From Takakia lepidozioides (Eukaryota > Plantae > Bryophyta), in the NCBI GenBank assembly GCA_030704615.1, contig CM060732.1, positions 70,122,001 through 70,186,000 of the forward strand: a stretch of DNA of 64,000 bases. The letters are read 5' to 3'. Shown one piece after another: positions 18,318 through 31,412 of this stretch (positions are counted from its first letter, which is position 1; each line of letters opens with the position of its first letter). Below the pieces are notes generated by a model that worked only from the letters and a program-made list of their open reading frames with translations, had not been told where the DNA came from and ran no database searches. The translations under genes and the position numbers were made by a program.

Positions 18318-19519
18318 GGAAAAGGAGGCATTCTGTGCACAAGAATTTCCGACTCATCGGTTGTCTGGAACAACCAACTCCCGTTCCAACTCCCGTCATG
18401 TTGGCAGTTCACGTAGTGCCTAGCAGTCGGCTGAACCGGAAGACTCTGACGTCAATTGGCGCCACAAGCGATCCCTTCGGAAGGGCAAGTCCAAGGCGCA
18501 TCTTTCCTTCGCCTCTTCCAGGCCTTAGCTATACCCCACCTGTAGTGCTCTTGTCCTTAGCCTCTGTAGGCTTCTTAGTTTTGGTTACGGGGCCAAGCTC
18601 ATTTATCTTCCTCATGGTTTCCCTAGTGAGGTTATTTTTTCCTCACTTTCTTTGTAATCCGTTTTTTTGGATTAAATTCTCCAGGGCCTCAGTTCCCTGT
18701 TTGAAAATAAAAAATAAAAAATCAAGGTTGCGTCAACACAAGGTTGATTTGCATCACGAAAATAAAAATATATATATATTTTAAGAAAATCGCAGGATGC
18801 AAATCAACCTTGCATTGACGCAACCTTGACTTGAGAAATGAAAACATCTTTTTTTTTCAAATTTAAAAAATAAATTAAAAATTGAAGTCGTAGGATGCAA
18901 ATCAACCTTGCGTTGATGCAACCTTGATTTGGGAAATGAAAACATCTTTTTTGCACCCTCTCCTAACCCACATCATGACCGATTCAATGGCATAATTTCT
19001 TGAATGACATCAATCTTACATGGACCTTCTGTAATGGCATTGTTATCCGACATGTATAGTGTATCCAACCTAAACCAGGTGAGGCAAAATTAGTATTACT
19101 TTGAACTAGTGGATGGCACACTTCATTCAACATCGTTCATGTTCTTTCACCATAAATCTTATTGCTATCATCCATAGTTCATTCATCCATCTTTTGTCAT
19201 CTTGCATTCATCCTACATTCATCCATTCCACGTAGCAATTCATCCTTAAGAATTTCGCCGCACATTCATCTCAAATTTTCATGCATGGAACTCGGCGTCT
19301 TAGGTCCCAGACATCGTATAGTACCCTCCGTTCCACTCAACATTGCCCCCACGACAATAGGTCCTGCTTTTCCCACGGCTATAGGCTCCGCTACCCTTAT
19401 GTGCTCACGCTTAGTGCGCTAAAGCATGAGCGCGCTCACGCGCTAGCTTCCCTCGAAAATACCTACAAGTTGTCTGCCCTACACCATAAATGAACCACAA
19501 AGACTACACATCAAAATTA

Positions 19520-19900
19520 TAATGACACGAGCTGCTTTCCACTGGTCAATGCATTCAGCATATGGAAAGATTTCCAGCGTGTAGAACCGTTGTGCAAACA
19601 TTCTCACAACCAAGGGGCTGCAGTTGCATTGCTCTTCATTGTGAGCTTGAACATGCCTTGTTGGGAGTCCAAAGATGTGGAGCAAAACACCTCAGGGACA
19701 TCTATCTTATTCTCCCCCACCCCTATTGTTTTGGGATAGCAATAAGCACCTTTGATGACATTTAGGTGCCTGCTAAAGGTTTCATCACAATTTGGTTGAA
19801 ACCAATATTGTGGGTAGACAATCCCAAGTGCATCCATGATGCCATGGGCTGAAAAACGGGTCTCCAGCTCTCGAACCAAAGCCTCACCAGCCCCTAAGCT
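19520..19900 (-). pseudogene. hAT transposase C-terminal remnant, internally deleted
   Basis: ELETRFSAHGIMDALGIVYPQYW...QQGMFKLTMKSN and LVVRMFAQRFYTLEIFPYAECIDQWK resemble hAT (ZNF862-like) transposases of bryophytes (recognised from memory). Its 3' flank appears to continue across elements B and A toward a CAGTGT end near 8402. Confidence 0.6.
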
Positions 19901-20035
19901 CCCACAGACCACCCCATCAGTCACCATTCGCCTATTACAAAACATGAAAACCATAGCTTATAAATACAATACATGACTTGCAAGTTTCCAATCAGAAAAA
20001 TATGAGGAGTTTTAAGGGAAATACCTGCACCTGAT

Positions 20036-20528
20036 TGAACGATTCAATCACACCATGTGTGCCATGCTTGAGAAGACTAGTTCTCTTTTGGGTGATTGGG
20101 ACACTATACTACCCACTTTGATTTTTGCCTATCGAACTTCTGTTCATTCCACCACCAAGTACTTACCTTTCGAGATGTTATATGGCGGGAAAGCACGAAC
20201 GCCTATTCACGAGACTCCCTTGGCAGCAACCATTGAGGTACCTTCAGATTGGACTCAGTTTGTTGATTGCATGATGGTTAAACACCGTCGACTTACTAAG
20301 GCCAACATAGTTCAAGCGCAGCTGGGAGTACAAGCTCGTAATTACAATTGCAAGATTTACTATTATGAAAAGTTCTCCCTGGGACAATCTGTCTGTGTTC
20401 GTTTACAACTTGGGAAGATCATTTCCAAGTCATCTACACACATCAATGGGCCATATCTGATCAATGAGAAATTGCGTGGCAGGAAATATGTGTTGCTTCC
20501 ACAACATTCTTTTGCTCTACCTATTTGA
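20036..20528 (+). pseudogene. Ty3/Gypsy integrase C-terminal fragment
   Basis: ERFNHTM...DWDTILPTLIFAYRTSVHSTTKYLPFEMLYG...GPY motif. Confidence 0.85.
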
Positions 20529-21004
20529 TCATCATGTGCATGTGGGTTCCTTGGTTCACTGCAAGCTCGTCTTTGATTTCACTTGTTTAAATGTGGAAGG
20601 TCGCACCATTGTTCTAACCCCTTCTCATGCATGAGCGCATGTAGTTTTATATTAGGGGCAAACAACTGCAGCCCTCATCTTTGATTTCCTTTCCACAGCC
20701 GTGGACCATCATCATGGAGCTTATGGTGTGTAACAATTAGTGTTCGGTGTGGGGGATGAATTGCTTCAGAGGATTAGCTTCACTGTATTTTTGCATCACC
20801 ATATAATGTGATTGGGGTTTCTCCATAGTGGGTTCCTTAGCCCGAATTGTAGGTGCAAGGTTTTCCCTCTGGGATTTTTTCATCCCTATCGCGCCGGATG
20901 CGTAATATTAGGCTTGGTATTGGTGTAGTGTACTGAGGCTTGGGTGACTTCTTCTTAGCTCGCTTCTTCTTAGCCACTCTATTGGCGGGGGCAAACTTCA
21001 CATA

Positions 21005-21468
21005 TGTGGGGCCGTGGAGTCCACTAATGCACGGATGCTCTCATGTCATTTATGGATGAAAAGTAGGAAGCAGTTAAAGGATTTGGCGCATGACCTATCT
21101 TTGGCATTTTAAGCTTTGTCCCTTGTTAACAGTAACGTGATAAGACAGGCTCGAGTTGATGTGTGGCTTTGAGGTCCTGTAATTTTGAAGGGCAAATAGG
21201 ATCAAGGCATGTGGCCGCTGAGATTAGGTGTTTCTACAATGAGGGCTATCTATGAGGGCTTAGGCTCTCTGCAGTGGTTTGGTGTGTCAAACTGTGTGCA
21301 TGGCCTTAATTATGTTCATGGGATGAAAAGCGTCTTATGCAGTGCAGGCTAGGTTGATTGGTTCTGTCATTGTGTACTCTGCGATTGATTCCTCCCTCAT
21401 CAGCTAAGCTCGTTCTAAGAACTATGTACCCATAGAAAAGTTGTACCTTGAGAGGAAGGTAGGATACA
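21005..21468 (+). repeat. ~465-bp direct repeat, copy 2; putative 3' LTR
   Basis: TG...CA ends, matches 7478-7952, and lies downstream of a same-strand integrase fragment. Confidence 0.55.
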
Positions 21469-22262
21469 AGAACTCAATGGGCTACATTTCCGGTTCCAAA
21501 AAAGTTCTGCTATGGATGGAAAATGACCCTATCCAAAACGGGTCGCGTGATCGTTTAATGGTTAAGGATATCCAAATTCATTCAAGATTATCAATTTAAA
21601 TTTAAATTGACATGTTTGTGCATTTATTCAAAAACTTATCATCTTCCATGGTCATTTTTCATCTATTTCTTCTTTGTACAATCGATCTTACATGGTTGTT
21701 ATTTCGATATATAAGTTTGGCCACCAATGAACGAACAAACAAATATATATCTCTCATGGGACTTGCTATGAAGAACTTGACTCCAACGGAAATAAGAGCC
21801 ACTTCTTGTACATATTATTATTACCTTATAATTTTGTAAGACAATCCAACAATCAACCCTTCCCATGATGCCAAAATGAGCGGATGAAGAATTCACCATT
21901 GGATTCGCCATTGGATTCCTCAATAGGTAACTTATATGTAATATGCACCTGGTTTTGTAAGAGATATTTTGGTTTGATTTCTCTGTCGCTTAACTAGAAA
22001 TCCCCAATGTTTGTTCTTTAGCGGAGATAGTTATTAACGTCTAACCGTTGAGGACCGTTGGTCTTCATGGACAAGGTTTAGCACATAGATCTCCACCAAT
22101 CACACTGGCTGTCTCAAGGGGCTCCATATAAACACCTCACTCTTCGGGTCAAGCCCTAACTTAAAAAAGATAAACTCACCTAAAAAGCTCCGGTCATTCA
22201 ATGACTGCACCCCAAGTTGCTGGAAAAGATTACAAAATTAAATCCAAAGCATCATACCTTGC

Positions 22263-22284
22263 ATATATATATATATATATATAT
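22263..22284. repeat. (AT)n microsatellite
   Basis: Seen directly. Confidence 0.95.
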
Positions 22285-24825
22285 GACAATAAGAGCCTCT
22301 TCCCTGTGTGGGTACTGCCCCCTTTCGGGGATGTCATAACTTACCTTGCAATTCTACGGTGTGCTTCTTAAAATCCACCCCCCTCCTCAAGGGCCTGAAT
22401 TGTCAGCAGTCGCTCCCAGGTTTCCTTTAAAAAGACAAAATCCAGTCCGGACGTCTTAGTTGTAAAGAATTTTCTCTTCAAGTGGAGATCGGGAATTGCA
22501 GTCCAGACTGGAATACAGATTCCTTATATTTATTGGGGGCATTAGTAGGGCTCTATAATTGAAGATTATGGAATTATGCCCCCATATTAATTCCACTCCG
22601 GACAGGTGAATGAGGACTTTCGGGATTTCGACCTTTGCGGCCTGTGACGAGCCTCTCAAATCCTGGAAAAGTCTCCGGACAAGACTACTTAGTGTTGTTT
22701 TTTGCACTCTGTGCTGAGAACCTGAGTGATGCCTTGTAAGTGTCGCCCGGAGCACTCCCCATGACATCACAAAGACAAACTAAATACAGAGTCATTGTTC
22801 CCAAACACTTATTATAACTATACACATTAAAATTAAACCCTGTAATTGTTTTACTCAACCATACTTCCTCCTCCAGGTGGCATAGATCCAACATTCTGGA
22901 TCCTAAGGTTAAAAGAGAAAGACATACTATTAGTAGTACATCTTTGAGCTCCCAAAATAAATTACTCATTTAATTCTACTAATATGGTGCCATAGATTAG
23001 CTGACATGGATGAAACTTTAAAAAAAATAAAAATTTAGAAACTCGATATCATTGAATCTGTTTATTATTTATTTATTTATTTATTGAACCTCCTGCTTTG
23101 GACAGGTTATCCAGTGAAATCCATTGAGAATACTGATTTTGTTTTTTTTAATTTCTTACCCGGGCGGAAGCCGGCTGACATAAGAGCCACTTCCGTCCCC
23201 TAGAGCAAACTAGCTGGTCTAAGGAGGGTTATATGCCATTCCTTTTCGTTTTCAAAATTGAAAGGGGATGATCTTATAGCGCCGGAACTACCTTCAATCT
23301 CCAGAATAACAACAGAACGAACCCAACATCATCTGAGGTGCTTCCTTTTGTTTGTATTTTTTTCTCTTGGGAACCAATGCAATTAAACTTGAAACAGAGA
23401 GGGTTTTAAGATTTTTTCTCTCCAATAATTCCAAGTAAGAGGAAGGAAAAAAATAGTAAAGGAGCAAAAAATGAATCGGACAGCGATGACTATTATCATC
23501 GATTAGTGGAATTATCACAATTGTTTTTTTTTGGCTGCTGGGAAAAGACTCATGGTAGAAAGTCTCAAGTGAAAAGTTAAAAGTGCGGTGATGCAGAGGA
23601 AACAAGGAGGTAGATAAAAGATGCAGAAACGCATTGCAGTGTTGCGGATCCAACGAAGAGATCAGCAGTGCCGGAGCTTGTCTCTATCTACCACACCTCG
23701 GAACCAGCCATGCCGCCTGCACTCTGCAATTTATGCTTCATTCATGGATCTGTCTCCCCTGCTGCTTCTGCGTCAGCGTGTTCGTGTGCGGATGTAGGTG
23801 GTGCTGAATGTGGCGTCCTGTGTTGTTTGGACCCTTTGGAGGCTGGTTTGTACGGTTTGCCTTCCCGTCATTGTCGCCAGGTTCCAATCTTCTCTGTTTG
23901 GAGGCTACGGAGAAGACTTGGGAGGCAGGTGTTGGTTGTGCAGGCGCGGTTCAAGTGAGTTTTTGGCGACCGGTGGATATTTCATAATTGCTCGCAGAGT
24001 AGGGGAAGTTGTGAGAGGATGTCATGGTGCATTTTGCAGTTTGTTGTTCAAAACTCTACAAATTTTGAGCTGAGAATATGAGAGCGTTAATAGGCGATAT
24101 AATGCAGAGGTGCGAGTGCGTAAGCCTAACCAATGAAGAAGCTCAAATCTGCTGCTGAAAAGTCTATTTCCTTAACAAGTCCAGCTGGATTTCTCATTTC
24201 TAATTTCGGAGTAGCCTTAGGAGGCAGAAAGAGCAGCATTACTGAAACTTGCCATCAAATTAAGCTCTAGATAACACAAGGATGGATAGGTTCGGAAAAG
24301 TGTAAAAGCTGATGCAGCTTATTTGTGCGGGTTTTAATTTGTGTCGTAGAACCGCGAGAATTGTTTTCTGCGGGCTTTCAAGCTGTCAATTGCAGTTAAA
24401 CAATTGGCTCAAAACAAGTGGCTGTTTTGAGTAAGTTTGCATGCCAGTGCCCTGCGCTGAATTTACTTTTTTGGTGGAAGCACCCCTCTAAACTGCAAGA
24501 TTGTCAACTGGAATACCTCACAGATATGGAGACTTAATGAAGACTTTGACTTTGCCGACAGGCTTGCTGCAATTGTCAATGTCGCCATGCTCTCCAAATC
24601 AGCAAGATCACATGTATGCTGAAATCTTGCCTAAAACTGAAGCTGCTCATTGCTGGAGCTCCTCTAGACACTTCTTGTGCTGGAGTACCTGCCTTCCCCT
24701 TAACTAAATGATGGAAGTCATTGATTATGCAGAAGGTCATGCCCCTTCCAATACCGCAGCCGTGTGGCCATTGGGGAGAGAGAAAATGTACTCAAAAGAC
24801 GTTGTTTGCCGTAGCCATTGGGGGG

Positions 24826-24827
<2 letters not shown>

Positions 24828-24867
<40 letters not shown>
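24828..24867. repeat. (GA)n microsatellite about 1 kb upstream of the SnRK1-like start
   Basis: Seen directly. Confidence 0.95.
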
Positions 24868-24871
<4 letters not shown>

Positions 24872-25830
24872 CTCTTGAGCTTTGGTGGTGTGAGATGGTA
24901 GAACGGGGTGCTCCTGATTCAGAGTATGCAGAGCTGGTGCCTGTTTACTCAGCAAGGCTACACTGAAGAGGAACCAATTTTATTTTATGCAAATGTATCT
25001 ATTGGATATGATGCCACGATCAAGAAAGATACCTCTCACATTTCTCTCCTGTGAAGGTCTTGAGGGTGGCCTGGAGTATATATGACATGGCTCCATGAGC
25101 CTCTCATTGTACCCTAGAGAACTATGTGCAAATATATCTACAAATTTAGGGACTTCCTTAGTGAACTTTCACTGATATCGCCATGACCATATATGGGCTG
25201 ACAGTTGTAACCATTGACTGCTGGGGTTTGGCTGGCAGAGCATTTTGGTCATCACATGAAGAAAAATAATTGCAATTGGAGAGGTGCTGCAGATACCATT
25301 GAATCCTTAGGGCTGAACTCTATCCAAGTGCATTTTGGAAACTAACAGCTAAAACTCAAGACGTCAAGTCAAAACTGCAAGGTTGACTGTTATTTGAACC
25401 TTCCAGAAAAGCTGTTTTCCATTGGAGGCATCTTGCTCCGAGGCAGCAGATCCTTTCTTCATTTGAATTGCGGATTCTATCTTCGGTGAAACTGCTGAAT
25501 GGGAGATTACAAGTAAATCATCACACAGGTTCAAATTAATCATTTGTACAATGGAAGAACGGTGAAGAAGTTGAAATGAGTATAGTGATTGCCAGAGGCC
25601 ATTCAGAGCATTCCACTATCTTCAACCACTGCTCCAGACAATTGATGAGTGTATCATACTAGTTCTTTTTCAATCTGAGGTTCTGCTCATTGTTATGAGG
25701 TTGTAAAGAGCCGGGCTCAGCAGGTTTTCCCTGGACCTATGGAAGGTGATGTTTGTATCATCCATCTGAATGCATCCACTCCCCTAGTTTAATCCATCTA
25801 GATTCCCTTCTGGGAAAGGAAGAGACATCA

Positions 25831-28800
25831 ATGGACAGGCGAAGGTTCAGGAGGCCCATCGACTTTCCAGTTGAGTTACGGCAAAACTATACACTAGGAA
25901 ATGTTATTGGGAAGGGAAGCTATGGCATAGTTCTGAAAGGGGTGCATAAGATCACACGGTGCACAGTCGCTATCAAGATTCTCCAGAGACAGCAGCGAGG
26001 TTAGTCCTGGCCTCCTGGCCCTTTCATTTCTTCCTCTGTTTATAGAACAAATGGTTTCTTTGAAGCCAGAATCCTGTAGGTTGAATCGTTGCTGCTTTAC
26101 TGTTTTCTGCCTAGATGCTCTTCGTAGACATACTTTCTGTCCGATAGCTTTTGTATTGGTCTTTTGCCCTCCTTCTCAAAGGCTTTCTTTGGCTAGCTTA
26201 AGTAGGCCTTAGCAGTCATTTCAGGCATCAGCGCTTTGAATGCCTATGCCTCGGGGCAGATCAAACAAATCTTTGTTTGTTGGTGCTAGTCTACAGTTTT
26301 GGTGATCAATGGTTTTGGAAGAGCGTCTTCATGCCCTTCATCAGTGATGCATTGTCAGCACCTTATTTGTGGTAATTATTTGGCTAGAGCTTGCCAAATT
26401 TTTAAAGGGTCGGATTGATACGACCTTATGCGCCATATTATAATACTTCAAAGCCTTTCTTGAGTGCAGCTCGGACTGAAGTGAAAGTGATGAACCTGCT
26501 TGCACATCCCCATATTGTGAGACTGTATGATTTCATGGCGTCCAACACAGACATTTTTGTGGTCATGGAGTATGTGGGAGGTGGAGATCTTGATTATTAT
26601 TTGACAGACGAATTGACAAAGACTGGCACGTGTCTTCGAGAGGATGTTGCAAGGCACGTGCTGCAGCAGGTCACTTTCCCACCCTTGATCCCCCCTTTAT
26701 CTCAACACATGCTTTGTCACAGGAAGGAATGGTGAGGGTTCCATTGAGAGCCAGAAATTTGATGTCATTGCAAGTTGCTCTAGATCTGTTAAGGGAGGTT
26801 TCCACTTACCAGGTAGCCATTTGTGCACATGGTTTAGACATCTGTTGTAGAGCTAGATATTAACGTAGTGAGTATCTGTGCAACTAAGGGGTTGGAAGGC
26901 GGGGGACGCAGATTGTTTCTGCTGTGGAGTACTGCCACAATCTGAAAGTTGTCCATCGTGATTTGAAGCCGGAGAATATCATGATCGCTGATCGAGAGAG
27001 AATGCTAGTGAAGATAGTTGACTTTGGGCTCAGCGATCTGATGCGTGATGGCCAGTTTTTTAAGGAAACATGTGGCACAATTGCTTACATGGCCCCAGAG
27101 GTTATTTCTTTTACCTTGTACTCTTGAGCATTTTGCCAAGGATAAGATTCAAAACTAGTTTTTGTTATAAGTAAAGAAACTGGTATTTGTTGCATAGATT
27201 ATCCCCATGGGTAGGTTTACGGATTCATTCAGATATTTGCAAGTGTAGTCAATTTCGCAGTCTTCCTCTGGTTTTTGCTTCCAGGCTTCTTCATGATACG
27301 TGGTCTGCGAACCCTGACAGCTGTGACAATCGTGCAGGTACTTAGGAGGGATTATTATGCAGGGCCGGAGGTGGATGTGTGGAGCTGTGGGGTGATCCTA
27401 TATGGAATGCTGTGGTCGAGAGTACCTTTTATGTCTGAGAACATAACATTGCTTCATGATCAAATGATGGTAAGGGAACCCTTTCCAACTGCCTTTGGCT
27501 GGACCACTGTAGTAAGTGTATGTTGATAATGAGGCTTGTGTCTGCTGTCTTGGGAAGAAACTTGATAATAAGCATCGTTTGAGGGGGTGCACTGGGTGAG
27601 CATAGCTGTGGGAGTGCTCACTATATCCAGGTAAGGTTTGGCATGTAGCTACCCCATATATCCCTTGAAGTTGTGGCATGTGAATGTCCAAATATCTCAG
27701 TATTTGTTCTGTTTGTCAATGTTTGTACATTGATCAGACAAGGCAGTGGCCCTTAGGAAGGGCCAAGCTCCTGTGTAGCTTGTGGGATACTAGTGACTAC
27801 TGTAGAAAAACCAAGTCTTTCTCAGGATTAATATTTGTCTTGTGGCTTGGGCAGCGAGGTGAATATGATCGCCCACCACATGTGTCACCTGAGGCACTCA
27901 ATCTCCTGGAGCTTATGCTGGCTGGGGATCCCGTGAAACGCATAACAATTCCTAAGATACGCCAGCATCCATGGTTCCGACCTTGTATGCCCCGCTATCT
28001 GGCTCTCGTTCCACCAAGCGCCGCTGAACTAGGTCGACTGGTAACTTTCATCTATTCCTTATCCACCCCTTAAGTAGCTCGTTAATTGCTGGTTAGATCA
28101 TGTAATTAGATCCACACCTTGATCAGACTCCCAACCAAAGCTGTTAAGATATGAGGGACACAGGTACTCCATAGTCAGCTTTTGTGAATTCCTCCATGCC
28201 AATTAATCTAGGATAATGGCATCACGTGCGGGGTCTATGACCATTGAGTTTGTTAGCGAGGGATACTCAGCAAGAAGCAGCATTGTATGCACATCCAATT
28301 GCACCTTCCTTCACAAAAATACATCGTCAATTTCCTCAAATGAACCCAAGACAAGGCCTACTGGTAATCTTGCCTTCCCAATTCTTAAGTTACACCAGGT
28401 CCAAAGGTTCTATGTGTGGAGGTGTCTGCATTTGCATAATGGGACTGTGTTCTTGTTGACAATCTCCCATGTGGAATGAAGGATGCCTTCCTGTTTGGCA
28501 AACCTCTAATTTCTGGATGATTTGGCAACTCCAAGCAGAGTCAACGTACTCCTAACAGCAAGTCGGGTCTTTAATCTAATGCTGACTGATTTATCTTGAG
28601 CTGAAGATAACATGAACAACCACTTTCTAAGTACTTGAGCGGGGAGGATCCAATTTGTTACTTCAACCTGAAAAACACATGAAGTAAGTGAAATCGATAT
28701 TGTCAAACCAGGTAGCAGAGCAAAATGCTTCTGGAGTTACATGTAATGAGGACATCGTCCAACAAGTGGTGAGCAAGCGTATCATCGTGCGTGATGGCAT

Positions 28801-31412
28801 CATTGACCGTGAGAGACTTCTGGTTTCTTTAAGAAAGCGCTTATATAATCAGGTATTCAGCAGTAGCAGAGGCACTGGTTATAAATGGTTTGCTAATCCT
28901 TCTCTGGTGTCTTGTCTCTGGAACTTCCTGCCAGTAATTTCCCTGATAGCAAACCGTCATGGGTTTGTAGAGGCCTGGAATGGCAAGTACATCAGCTGTG
29001 GTACCTGTGGTGTACACTAGCCAAAGTCCTTACAGAGTGAGTGAGGTTGTGTTAGCACTAATAAAGTAGATTGTCTGATATGCTGCTGTCTGACACCACT
29101 TCCAGGGCTGTCTCACGTGTAATGTATGGTGCTGCCTTTCGGACAACCATCAAAGAGATATACTTAAAGACTAGCAAGCCATAGTTTCAAACCTTTACCA
29201 TGCACTTCAGTAGTAACCCGTGAAAGACCACGGTGTGAATGCAAGTGGGAGCGATCGCACTGGTCTTGGTGCTGCATTCCAAAATGAGGGCCACCTTTGT
29301 TAGAGTACTGAATCTTGTGGTGGGCAGGGGGTGGTGTCATATTATATTTTATTGCAGGACCAACAGCGCATTCAACATGACTACCTTAAATCAGAGTTTA
29401 AGGACTCAGTAAGCTCCCTGATACTCTGAAATGAACTATGATCTACATCAACAGCTCTTCAACTTCTACTGCAGGGATTACTGTAACAATAGATTATGTG
29501 TGAAAGCCCCATAGTATTTGTTAAGTTATTATGACTCAGTAGGTTTGGGCATCTGCCTGATATGGCCATGAGAACAATCTCACACAGAATCCCACTTTGG
29601 CTGTCTGTAGCTGCCTTGATCTTTCACACGTCTATCTGTCTATCTGTCTATCTCTTCTCGGCACTAGACCAATGTGCGGGCAGCCTGAAGACAATATCCA
29701 TTCTCTGATACATTGTCCAGGAGTGACCCTCTTGAGGAACATGAAGAACATTGTTCATGCACCTCTGTTACCAACTTTGAAAATCTCGAGGCTGAGCCTA
29801 AAGCCCTGGCCCTGTTGGGGTCTAATTGCTGGGCAGCTCACACACAGCAGATTGATGCTTGTGTGAAGGACTTTCTAGAGGATATCTGGAAAGCCCGAAC
29901 TAACACCAAGGTAAGTCCCACTACCAGTCTGAGCCCCTCACGAAGGTAGTGTGTGTTCCCTTTTATTCTGCCCAAACTGGGTGCAGAGTCCATGCCGACA
30001 AGGCTGCGGCAAACGTCTTATGAGTACATTTATCTCTTCCCTTGTCTTCTCTCACTCCCAAACTGGGTATGTGGTCACCCAAAATACTACAGAAGGCACA
30101 GTCTCTACACATCCTCAAATTGCTTAGAACAGAATGTCAACTGCTTATCCATGCATTGAAGATTATTTGAAGTACTGATAGACTGGTTGCCTTTGTATTA
30201 AGCTGTGTCATTTCATGCTTTTTTGCACAGGAACTTGTGGGGCACATGGCACCACTCACAACCCCACTGTTGCGATGCGATACAGTTGGACATTGGGGGC
30301 TGGGTGCTCAGGTAATTTGATGAGCTCCAAATCATCTCTTCACTTTTTTTGGACTTGGGAGCTCGTCTCACAAACTGCCATTGAAGGAGTCTCAAAGCCA
30401 ATATTTAGAATACACATAGTCTTTACCATAGGGCGTGTTACATCAGCAGTCAATGATTTCACTCAGATTTTATCTGATGGAGGCAAATAGACGCCCATTG
30501 CACACATCTGTCAAACTAGGCGATTGAAAAATGGGAGTGTTGTGTTTTGTCTCTGTTAGCGGAGCTCTACTTACAGAAATGTTACTAGCTGTTCTCTGGA
30601 CTGACCTCCTATGACCTCTCTATGGTATGTAGCACTGTAAGTATCGCCTTCTTATTTAATCTAGTAATAAAATATGCACCTCCCATTGAGAGTTCTGCTT
30701 ACTACAGGTATGTTTTGTTGTTGGATGTGGTTGTGGCAGTTCAAAGGTCATCCTGTACAAGTCATGACGCTCGTTAAGAGGACATTGCAGCATGCTGGTA
30801 TTTCATGGAAACTCATAGGAAGGGCCCATGATTACTGCCTCCAGTGCCAGTGTGTGTACTCAACTCCACACCATCATGAGAACCATTCTCTTCATCCGCC
30901 CATTGAACCATCTATTGCCGCTGGTCTAGGGACCACCAGTATGGGCACAGAGGTAAATGAAGTTGTTAAGAGCAACATGGGGGAGAATAAAGCTGTGATA
31001 AAGTTCAAGATTCAGGTACTGTACTGCCCACCCCTTTGGAACCTCTGGAAAGAAGAAAGCATTTGTAAACAGGCATGTGTTCGTGTGTTTTTTGTCAAAG
31101 TGTCAGTTTAGATTGTAGCCATAAGAATGTTGGTAGCTTTTTGCAAACAAGGCATGTGAAGCACATTCTTTACTAGTAATGAGCAAATGGAGTGCTTGTT
31201 TTGAACAGTCTTCAGTGCAGGCATGAATGCCATACTAGGACTACGTTGTTTGCACACAAGTTGTTATGTACTGAAGGCACTGGTCATGTTGGGTGCAGCT
31301 TTATAAAGCAAGTGTGGACACCTACCAGGTGAATTTGGAGCGTTTGGATGGGCCGGCCTTTCTTTTCTTTGAGATTTCTGCTCAAATCTACCAGGCAATG
31401 GGGGCTGTCTGA
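25831..31412 (+). CDS. Divergent SnRK1-alpha / SNF1 / AMPK-like kinase (kinase, UBA, KA1)
   Basis: Exons 25831-25999 (GKGSYG, VAIK), 26470-26669, 26912-27100 (HRDLKPEN, DFG, APE), 27338-27469 (YAGPEVDVWSCGVILY), 27855-28040 (RITIPKIRQHPWF, PRYLA), ~28712-28852 (UBA), 29328-29408, ~29737-29910 (acceptor uncertain), 30231-30311 (HWGLGAQ), 30740-31015 (VIKFKIQ), 31299-31412 (LYK...LERLDGPAFLF). Domain order and motifs match plant SnRK1-alpha. Confidence 0.88.

Larger units (their letters stand above)
12064..18718 (+). mobile_element. Full-length L1-type LINE retrotransposon (~6.65 kb), decayed
   Basis: ORF1 with zinc knuckle; ORF2 with APE, RT and zf-RVT; A-rich tail 18704-18718; TSD AAATCAA (12057-12063, 18719-18725) splits one repeat unit of element B. 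Confidence 0.93.
11352..19454. mobile_element. Non-autonomous Mutator-like element B, related to A, opposite orientation, interrupted by a LINE
   Basis: TSD GATAATACC (11343-11351) and GAAAATACC (19455-19463), 8/9 match. Ends are GGGGATTGCTAG... and ...CTAGCTTCCCTC. Contains GGATGAA arrays and ATCAAGGTTGCGT-CA-ACGCAA palindrome repeats at 11800-12063 and 18721-18930. Confidence 0.75.

Noticed and set aside
21950-22970. Coding-like minus-strand segments
   Set aside because: Many stops and no recognisable domain.
23668-24073. ORFs upstream of the SnRK1-like gene
   Set aside because: No domain features; more likely 5' UTR or promoter sequence.
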